A stretch of DNA of 64,000 nt from Bacilli bacterium (GTDB lineage Bacteria > Bacillota_I > Bacilli_A > RFN20 > CAG-288). Below are positions 57,243 to 64,000 of this stretch, piece after piece. Below the pieces are notes generated by a model. That model was not told the DNA's origin and searched no databases. It was given only the letters and a program-made list of their open reading frames with translations. The first letter of the stretch is position 1. Each line of letters begins with the position of its first letter. The stretch is from the NCBI GenBank assembly GCA_017470005.1, contig JAFUFH010000036.1, forward strand, positions 4,241 to 68,240. The letters run 5' to 3'. A program made the translations under genes and the position numbers.

Positions 57243-58336
57243 TAATTTGATTTACGAATGGAACCTTTCATGGAGTGGACACGGATAGATCCACCATTGG
57301 TTTTTACTAAGCTTTTTGCGTATTCAATTGCTTCTTTTTGGGTCTTGAATGTCTTGATGACTTTCTCACCTTTTGCTAGTTTTACCTGCCATCCTAAGAT
57401 ATGTTGACTGACATGATAGACTCTAGCGGTATCTTTATATTTCTTTGTTTCTTTCTTCTTAGTGATACGTTTCTTTACAGCGTGAAGAGTACCAGTCTTC
57501 GTCTTATATTGTTCAGTGAAGACACCTTCTTCGGTTGTTTCTTCTTGGTTATTCTCTCCTTCATTCTCTTTTACGATAGTGTCAGAGATAATTTCAACCA
57601 CTTCTTCTTCGCCTTCATCATGATAATCATCCCCATCTTCAGAACGATATTCATCTTCACTCAATTCGGTAAGATCCACATCTTCCTCTTCTTCATAGAA
57701 AAGAACCATGTGAAGAGATCTACGAAGGAAGAATAATAAGAAGCCGATGAAGAAAGTGATATATAGCATGATAACTAAGACCAAAAGACCTTGAGGGAAT
57801 AATCCCCATCTTCCAAATCCATACCAGTCATTGGCATCATATTCTGCTTTAATCTCTACATGAAGTCCTAAATTGATGATGTAATAGAAGGCATAAACAA
57901 GAACACAACTAGTAGAGAACAAAGAAGCTCTTGCTCTAGGTAATGTTCTGCTTTCAAAAAGAAGGAAAGAAACTAAAGAAAGTAAAGGAATGACAATAAA
58001 TGGTAAGAAATTCCATCCTTCATAAACAGTGCTATATCCTTTGATAGGACCTAAATATGTGACTGCACTAATGGCATTTAAAACCAAAGCAGTAGTGAAA
58101 ATTAATCTTAAACCATCTAAGACTTGAGGGATTTCTTTCTCTTCTCTTAAACTGCGAATCACCATGACAATATAAATAAGAGAGACAATGCCAGCTAAAA
58201 GGGAGGTATCCATAGCAAAAGAACGGAAGGCAAGTCCACCTTTTTCAACAAGAGAAATCACAAAAAAGATGATAGAACCAACAAAAAGTAAACCGTTCAT
58301 CGCAATTGTGAGAAATGAAAATGTTCTAGCCTTCAT
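57242..58336 (-). CDS. Polytopic membrane domain - acidic linker - DUF2188-like domain fusion protein (paralog 1)
   Basis: 364 aa with ~6 TM helices, a linker (EEEEDVDLTELSEDEYRSEDGDDYHDEGEEE), and a C-terminus reading YHVSQHILGWQVKLAKGEKVIKTFKTQKEAIEYAKSLV..GGSIRVH. Confidence 0.7.
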   Translation of the reverse strand: MKARTFSFLTIAMNGLLFVGSIIFFVISLVEKGGLAFRSFAMDTSLLAGIVSLIYIVMVIRSLREEKEIPQVLDGLRLIFTTALVLNAISAVTYLGPIKGYSTVYEGWNFLPFIVIPLLSLVSFLLFESRTLPRARASLFSTSCVLVYAFYYIINLGLHVEIKAEYDANDWYGFGRWGLFPQGLLVLVIMLYITFFIGFLLFFLRRSLHMVLFYEEEEDVDLTELSEDEYRSEDGDDYHDEGEEEVVEIISDTIVKENEGENNQEETTEEGVFTEQYKTKTGTLHAVKKRITKKKETKKYKDTARVYHVSQHILGWQVKLAKGEKVIKTFKTQKEAIEYAKSLVKTNGGSIRVHSMKGSIRKSN

Positions 58337-58345
58337 AATTACCTC

Positions 58346-59464
58346 TTACTTTTTCTTTATATCCGTTGTGTGAACAAAGATGATTCCGCCGTGTTGTTTC
58401 ACAATTTTCTTTGCATATTCCACGGCTTCTTTTTGAGAACGGAATAACTTGATTGGTTTTTCTTCCCCATCTTGTTTCAATTGCCAGCCTAAAAGATGCT
58501 GACTGATATGAAGTTGTTTAGATGTATCTTCTTCCACGACTTTTCTTGTGACTTTCTTTTTCACAGAGTGAATCGTTCCCGTCTCTGTCTTATAACTCTT
58601 GGTGACAAGTTCAACTTCTTCGTTTCCACCTTCTTCCACAACTTCAGAAGAAGTATCACTTTTAAATTCTTCATCGTCATCGACTTTTCTAAGGGCAACA
58701 TCATCAATGATTTCTTCAGAAACAATAACTTTCTTATCTGGTTCACGATAATTGACATATTCTACATCCGCACTCTGTTGATGCTTTTCCGCATAAAGCT
58801 GTAAGTGAATTGCTTTTCTAGCAAACCACAAACCCAATCCGATGCAATAAGTAACAGCAATAACCGCAAGATATAAAAGTAATCCGATTGGAATACCCCA
58901 AGAAGCAAATCCATAAAAATCATTTTCGTGATTTTCTCCAGGACCATTGATGATGACATTGAGCAAATAGCCAATGCCATAAATACCAGGAGGAATCATA
59001 GAGAATAAAGTAGCACGTAACTTTGGCACATCTTCGCTTTCTAAGAAGATATATCCAAAAATGCCTAAAACAGGAACGATGAAATGGAAGAAGAAGTTCG
59101 CTTTGGTATATAAATCAAAGAAATTTCCTCCATAACTGATCCATTGAGGCTCTAAGAATATAAGGACAATTAAAGCCGTTAATGTAGTAGAAGCCGTAGA
59201 GACTGTCTTGATGATACCCACCCAATAAGGAATCTCTTCTTTCTTGATAAAAGCAATCAATCCAAAAACCGCATAAATACCACAAGTGATACCTAAAAGA
59301 AGATTCGATTCCGTGGTGAAAAACTTCAAAACAGCAAAGCCAACACTGTTGAATGGTTGTACTTCTGCTGCAGGAAGATTTATACGGTAAATAAAAACAG
59401 CAACCACCATAACAAACAAGGCGATATTTAGCGAGATTGCCGCAATTTTGAATCCTTTTTTCAT
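58346..59464 (-). CDS. Polytopic membrane (Pr6Pr/AIG1-like) - acidic linker - DUF2188-like domain fusion protein (paralog 2)
   Basis: ~372 aa counted from MKKGFKIAA. It has FFTTESN and HFIVP motifs in the TM domain. The C-terminus reads HISQHLLGWQLKQDGEEKPIKLFRSQKEAVEYAKKIV..GGIIFVH. Confidence 0.7.
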   Translation of the reverse strand: MKKGFKIAAISLNIALFVMVVAVFIYRINLPAAEVQPFNSVGFAVLKFFTTESNLLLGITCGIYAVFGLIAFIKKEEIPYWVGIIKTVSTASTTLTALIVLIFLEPQWISYGGNFFDLYTKANFFFHFIVPVLGIFGYIFLESEDVPKLRATLFSMIPPGIYGIGYLLNVIINGPGENHENDFYGFASWGIPIGLLLYLAVIAVTYCIGLGLWFARKAIHLQLYAEKHQQSADVEYVNYREPDKKVIVSEEIIDDVALRKVDDDEEFKSDTSSEVVEEGGNEEVELVTKSYKTETGTIHSVKKKVTRKVVEEDTSKQLHISQHLLGWQLKQDGEEKPIKLFRSQKEAVEYAKKIVKQHGGIIFVHTTDIKKK

Positions 59465-59631
59465 ATAAAAATTTCTTATCCTTAATAAATATAAAGGATA
59501 ACCTCGGCATAAATCAAACCCATTTTGATAAAAAAATAAAAAAACTATGTTTTTTATTTTTGTGAACAAAAGACATAGTTTTAAATTTTTATTTATGTTT
59601 TATAAGTTGTCTTTACGTTTTGAACTAGACT

Positions 59632-60273
59632 TTATCTCAAGAAAGGATTGTCTTGTTTTTCGTTTTGCAATCTCGTAACTGGTCCGTGGCCAGGATAGAC
59701 CACCAGATTCTCGTTCAAGAGACCTAATTTCTTCAAAGAATCTTTCATCAATGAGGCATCAGAACCATATAAATCCGTTCTTCCAATGCCATCTTTGAAC
59801 AAAGTATCTCCCGTAAAAAGGGCATTATCATCCTCAAAAAGATAGCAAACACTACCCATGGTATGGAAGGGAGTATGAATCACTTGAACATGGAAGTCTT
59901 TAATCTTTAATTTTTCTCCATCAGTAACAGGGATAGGATTCACATTCACCACGATATTCTCATTGGTTAATCCACCGCTGTTCTTTTGAGGGCTCGTCAA
60001 AAACTCTTTATCATATTCAGATAAATAAACAGGAATCTCGTATTTATTCTTATAGTGCTTTAAGAGTTTGTTTAAACCACGGATATGATCAAAATGGCCG
60101 TGTGTTAACAACACACCAACAACACGATCATAATGGCTGTCTACGTAAGAAATAATATCATCCTTGTTAGATCCAATATCGACAATTAGACAATTTCCAC
60201 CGATTTTTCCAATGATATAAGTATTTGCGATTAATTCAGTGGAGCTTTCTTCATAGCGAAAAATCTTAACCAT
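59632..60273 (-). CDS. MBL-fold metallo-hydrolase
   Basis: 213 aa with an HGHFDH motif and distal H and D ligands. Confidence 0.85.
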   Translation of the reverse strand: MVKIFRYEESSTELIANTYIIGKIGGNCLIVDIGSNKDDIISYVDSHYDRVVGVLLTHGHFDHIRGLNKLLKHYKNKYEIPVYLSEYDKEFLTSPQKNSGGLTNENIVVNVNPIPVTDGEKLKIKDFHVQVIHTPFHTMGSVCYLFEDDNALFTGDTLFKDGIGRTDLYGSDASLMKDSLKKLGLLNENLVVYPGHGPVTRLQNEKQDNPFLR

Positions 60274-60348
60274 GTTTCACCTCAATGTCTATATTATACA
60301 ATAATTTCAGTTTTTAGGAAGTCTCACACATATTTCCCTTTCACACTT

Positions 60349-61956
60349 TTAATATTTAGATTCTTTATAGGCAAGTGAGGCTCGGATGAATTCTCTAAAG
60401 ATTGGATGAGCTTTATTCGGTCTACTCTTGAATTCTGGGTGGAATTGAACGGCTACAAAGAAATTATTTTTAGTATATTCAATCGCTTCTACTAACTTAC
60501 CATCAGGAGAAGTTCCCGCAATTTCCATTCCGTTCTTTTCAAAACCATCCATATATTCATTATTAAACTCGTAACGGTGTCTATGACGTTCACTGATATC
60601 TAAAGCTTGATAGATGTTTGCTAACCGGGTTCCTTCTTTGACTTTGCAAGGATAGGCACCTAAACGCATGGTTCCGCCTTTATTAATCTCATCATTTTGA
60701 TCTGGCATAAAGGCAATGACAGGATTTGTAGTGTTAGGATCAAATTCAAAAGAGTTTGCATCCGCTTTTCCTAATACATTTCTCGCAAATTCAATCGCAG
60801 AAATCTGCATACCTAAACAGATTCCAAAATAAGGAATGTTATTTTCTCTAGCATAACGACAGGTAGTGATCATTCCCTCAATACCTCTCTTACCAAAACC
60901 ACCAGGAACAATGATACCATCGATATCACGGTAGATTTCTTTCACATTTTCTTCAGTAACTTCTTCAGAATCAATCCAATGAATCTTCACATGGCAATCA
61001 CTTTCGTATCCACCGTGATGTAGAGCTTCTTTCACAGAGAGATAAGCGTCATGAAGTTTGACATATTTACCAACCAAAGCGATATTCACTGTTTTACTAC
61101 GATTGTGAATGCGATAAATCATATCATTCCAACGAGTTAAATCAATTTCTCTTGGATCTAAATTCAATTCTCTACAAACAATGCTAGAAAAGTTTTGATT
61201 TTCTAACATGATGGGAGCTTCATAAAGAGATTCAACAGTAGTATCGTTGATAACACAATCTTCAGGGACATTACAGAAAAGAGAAATCTTTCTTTTAACA
61301 TCCTCAGGTAGCTCTCCATCACATCGAGCAATGATGATGTTAGGGTTGATTCCACATCCTTGCAATTCTTTCACAGAATGTTGAGTTGGTTTTGACTTAT
61401 ATTCATCACTTCCAGGAATATAGGGAATCAAAGAAACATGGATATATAAAACGTTTTCTCTCTTTTGCTCCATTCCAACTTGACGAATCGCTTCAATAAA
61501 AGGTTGGGATTCAATATCACCGACCGTGCCACCGATTTCTGTGATAACAATATCAGCATCCCCTCTATGACCCACTTTATAAATAAAACGTTTAATCTCA
61601 TCTGTGATATGAGGGATGATTTGAACCGTTTGTCCTAAATAGGCACCTTCTCTTTCTTTATGAAGGACATTCCAATAGACTTTTCCGGTAGTTAAATTTG
61701 AGTATTTATTTAAATTCTCGTTAATAAATCTCTCATAATGACCTAAATCTAAGTCTGTTTCTGCACCATCTTCGGTCACAAAGACTTCTCCATGCTGAAA
61801 AGGAGACATCGTTCCTGGATCCACATTGATATAAGGATCCAATTTTTGAGAAATCACTTTATAACCTCTTTGTTTTAATAATCTTCCCAAAGAAGCTGCT
61901 GTGATTCCTTTTCCTAAACCAGATACAACACCGCCAGTTACAAAAATAAATTTCAT
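60349..61956 (-). CDS. pyrG: CTP synthase
   Basis: 535 aa starting [17 protein letters not shown], with a glutamine amidotransferase domain (GICLGMQ, HRHRYE). Confidence 0.95.
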   Translation of the reverse strand: MKFIFVTGGVVSGLGKGITAASLGRLLKQRGYKVISQKLDPYINVDPGTMSPFQHGEVFVTEDGAETDLDLGHYERFINENLNKYSNLTTGKVYWNVLHKEREGAYLGQTVQIIPHITDEIKRFIYKVGHRGDADIVITEIGGTVGDIESQPFIEAIRQVGMEQKRENVLYIHVSLIPYIPGSDEYKSKPTQHSVKELQGCGINPNIIIARCDGELPEDVKRKISLFCNVPEDCVINDTTVESLYEAPIMLENQNFSSIVCRELNLDPREIDLTRWNDMIYRIHNRSKTVNIALVGKYVKLHDAYLSVKEALHHGGYESDCHVKIHWIDSEEVTEENVKEIYRDIDGIIVPGGFGKRGIEGMITTCRYARENNIPYFGICLGMQISAIEFARNVLGKADANSFEFDPNTTNPVIAFMPDQNDEINKGGTMRLGAYPCKVKEGTRLANIYQALDISERHRHRYEFNNEYMDGFEKNGMEIAGTSPDGKLVEAIEYTKNNFFVAVQFHPEFKSRPNKAHPIFREFIRASLAYKESKY

Positions 61957-61977
61957 AAGTGTTTCCTCCGAAATTAA

Positions 61978-62031
61978 AAGAAAAAAAGGGTAATAAACTA
62001 GCCACTTTCATGAAGTGGAGTTTTTTTAACC
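61978..62031 (-). terminator. Candidate attenuator (intrinsic terminator) in the pyrG 5' leader
   Basis: Minus-strand core CCACTT-CATGA-AAGTGG, extended by imperfect GGUUAAAAAAA/UUUAUUACC pairing, then CUUUUUUUUCUUUU. It lies ~20 nt before the GGAGG RBS. Confidence 0.4.
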
Positions 62032-62237
62032 TTTCCTTTAATTCGATGCTGTTATATGTAGTTTCCCCATAAGAAAAACTACTTTTTTATTCTAATTCTA
62101 GTCGCTTTTAATGTCAAATAAGAATTTATTTTTTTACAAAGTAAAAACTTTCTTATAACCACATTCTTTTTCTCTCTTTCACAAATAATCGTTATTCGCT
62201 ATAATATTAAAGCTAAAAATAATGAGGTGTAACAAAT

Positions 62238-62504
62238 ATGAGTGAATATACTACTTATGCTGTTGAAGAAAAGAAAAGAGATGGCATTTTAATTTTACTT
62301 TTATTCTTAGTTGGTTGGGTTGGTGCCGATAAATGGTACGCTGCGAAAAATACGGAAAAAGGAGTTCTTAAAGGAGGATGGAAGTTCTTCTTGATCAAAT
62401 TCCTTTATTGCTGCATCGGTATTGGTTTCCTTTGGAACATCTTTGATATTGTCAAAGCTTTCCAAATGAAATACCAATTAGATTTCAGAGAATATTTCCG
62501 TTAA
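62238..62504 (+). CDS. TM2 domain-containing small membrane protein
   Basis: 88 aa with two TM helices and a GWVGADKWY motif. Confidence 0.55.
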   Translation: MSEYTTYAVEEKKRDGILILLLFLVGWVGADKWYAAKNTEKGVLKGGWKFFLIKFLYCCIGIGFLWNIFDIVKAFQMKYQLDFREYFR

Positions 62505-62567
62505 GCATATCTCACTATCTAGCAAAGATAGTATGATATAATCAAATCAGCATTGGAGGAATGAATA

Positions 62568-62939
62568 ATGGTCGATGTTAAATTCTTAAAGAACAAAGTA
62601 ACCAACGAAATCACAATGGTTCTCAACAATGAAGAACCCAAAGAAAATGAAGTTGTCTTAAAAGCCAACGATACAGATGCTGCTAAAGAAAAGCATGTCC
62701 CTGTCATCGAACAGAACGGAAATGATGTCATTGTCACTGTCGGTTCTGTTCTCCACCCTATGACCCCCGCTCACTATATCACCATGATTGTCTTAGTCAC
62801 TGACAAGAAAGCTACTATGGTCAAGTTGACTCCTGAAGCTCAACCCAAAGCTTGCTTCTCTCTTGAAGAAGGTGAAAAAGTCGTTGCCGCTTACGAATAT
62901 TGCAATCTCCATGGCCTCTGGGTCAAAAAAGTTGCTTAA
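62568..62939 (+). CDS. Superoxide reductase (desulfoferrodoxin/neelaredoxin family)
   Basis: 123 aa with the EKHVPVIE, HPM..H and CNLHGLW iron-ligand motifs. Confidence 0.85.
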   Translation: MVDVKFLKNKVTNEITMVLNNEEPKENEVVLKANDTDAAKEKHVPVIEQNGNDVIVTVGSVLHPMTPAHYITMIVLVTDKKATMVKLTPEAQPKACFSLEEGEKVVAAYEYCNLHGLWVKKVA

Positions 62940-62960
62940 TTCCAAATCAATTTAAAAATT

Positions 62961-62989
62961 AGCTAAGCTGAAAGGCTTAGCTTTTTTCT
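62961..62989 (+). terminator. Rho-independent terminator
   Basis: AGCTAAGC-TGAAAG-GCTTAGCT followed by TTTTTT. Confidence 0.8.
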
Positions 62990-63067
62990 TAAAACAATTT
63001 CTTTAATTTCTATAAAATCAAAAAGGAGTTACCCTTTTCTTTATAAGAGTAGGTAACTCCTTCCTTT

Positions 63068-64000
63068 TTATTTGTATGCTTTATAAACTTCGCTAGTAGC
63101 TAAGTCTTCTGCGATAGCGTTGATGACTTTAGCAATCATCTTAGCGAGAGAGACAACACGGATATCAATATCTTTGGTATCCACAAACTTTCCTGTGAGA
63201 GGAATAGAGTCTGTCACATAGAAGCGATCAATCGCTTTCGATGTAGAGAGTCTCTCATAAGCAGGATCAGAGAAGACAGCGTGAGTGGCGCACATCATAA
63301 CAGAGAGAGCACCCGCTGCTTTCAATGCGTTAGCGGCAGCAACAGCACTACCTGCGGTATCAATCATATCGTCAACGATTAAACAATCATGTCCTTCGAC
63401 AGAACCGATGATGTTCATGACTTCGGGTTGATATTTGTTATTTCTTCTCTTATCGATGATAGCGATAGGAGTGTTGAGTCTTTCCGCAAACTTTCTTGCA
63501 CGATTGACACCACCGTGGTCAGGAGAAACAACAACCATATTGGTTTTGTCTACATCACTTGCATTGGCAATGGTGTAAGCAAGTAAAGGAATAGCGGACA
63601 TATCATCTTCAACACAAGAGAAGAAACCTTGTTCTTGTGGTGCATGTAAATCGAATGTGACAACTCTATCTGCACCAGCAGTCACTAATAAATCCGCGAC
63701 AAGCTTTGCAGTGATAGGTTCTCTAGGTTTAGATTTACGATCTTGTCTAGCATAACCAAAGTAAGGAATAATGACGGTGATTTCACCAGCGCTTGCTCTG
63801 CGCAAGGCGTCGATGAAGATCAAGACTTCCATCAAATTATCGTTCACTGGCGGGCAGGTGGATTGAACGATAAATACCTTTTTACCTCTAACCGTATTCA
63901 CTGGACACGCTAAGAATTCCTTTGAAGGAAATTTGTTTAACGTAACAGCTCCGACTTCCGTACCTAAATAGTCACAGATGCTTTTTGCTAACTCAGGATT
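63068..64000 (-). CDS. prs: Ribose-phosphate pyrophosphokinase (N-terminus beyond the window end)
   Basis: Contains PYFGYARQDRK and DLHAPQEQGFF plus a PRPP-binding loop. The frame stays open upstream of the track's GTG start to position 64000 (NPELAKSICDYLGTEVGAVTLNKF). Confidence 0.9.
   Translation of the reverse strand, partial: NPELAKSICDYLGTEVGAVTLNKFPSKEFLACPVNTVRGKKVFIVQSTCPPVNDNLMEVLIFIDALRRASAGEITVIIPYFGYARQDRKSKPREPITAKLVADLLVTAGADRVVTFDLHAPQEQGFFSCVEDDMSAIPLLAYTIANASDVDKTNMVVVSPDHGGVNRARKFAERLNTPIAIIDKRRNNKYQPEVMNIIGSVEGHDCLIVDDMIDTAGSAVAAANALKAAGALSVMMCATHAVFSDPAYERLSTSKAIDRFYVTDSIPLTGKFVDTKDIDIRVVSLAKMIAKVINAIAEDLATSEVYKAYK

Noticed and set aside
59465-59569. ORF-track N-terminal extensions of several genes (58346..59569, 10959.., 11804.., 17899.., 55664.., 33262..33285).
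   Set aside because: In each case an internal Met preceded by a Shine-Dalgarno-like sequence coincides with the start of the conserved or TM region. The upstream codons run through AT-rich promoter-like sequence.
1-64000. A search for CRISPR arrays, tRNA/rRNA genes, IS elements, integrases, prophage or toxin-antitoxin modules.
   Set aside because: I found no spaced short direct-repeat arrays and no cloverleaf-like sequences in the intergenic regions. No transposase-, recombinase- or phage-like ORFs appear in the six-frame track. The only repeats are the paralogous gene pairs and the short regulatory repeats reported above.

Overview
This window looks like a chromosomal segment of a low-GC Bacillota-type genome using the standard genetic code. 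The lineage guess (Erysipelotrichia- or Mollicutes-related gut anaerobe) rests only on gene content such as PFOR, superoxide reductase and a sirtuin, and on diverged housekeeping sequences. Most of the window is ordinary core genome. It holds the str operon (rpsL-rpsG-fusA-tuf), uvrB, a Met-T-box-controlled metNIQ transporter, dus, fruR-fruK, and a P2-type ATPase behind a yybP-ykoY (Mn) riboswitch. It also holds PFOR, a P1B heavy-metal ATPase, a GH3 glycosidase next to a LytTR two-component system, yaaA-recF-gyrB-gyrA, serS, pyrG and prs. I saw no integrase, transposase, CRISPR array, rRNA or tRNA. The stretch that does not look ordinary is the minus-strand gene string at 22.8-33.3 kb. It runs from a canonical sirtuin translationally coupled to two unknown helical proteins, through an 86-bp gap with its own extended -10 promoter and no terminator. 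It continues with a 114-aa unknown protein, a lipoprotein with an M6-like HExxH metalloprotease motif, and two tandem, diverged paralogous giant proteins (1133 and 1153 aa). I cannot assign the giants to any family. One of them carries an internal ~270-aa duplication marked by an LPYPY / CxC / GLP / CxxC / DYDF motif series. This is my best candidate for an undescribed system. Secondary points are listed here:
- a promoter-plus-terminator-bounded ~186-nt candidate sRNA or leader upstream of PFOR
- a canonical 9-12-9 LytTR direct repeat wiring the two-component system to the GH3 gene
- tandem six-TM proteins fused to DUF2188-like domains
- charged N-terminal extensions on both gyrase subunits
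- an ArsR/SmtB-type operator in front of the heavy-metal ATPase with no adjacent regulator
All family calls come from reading the translated ORFs by eye. No database search was run.
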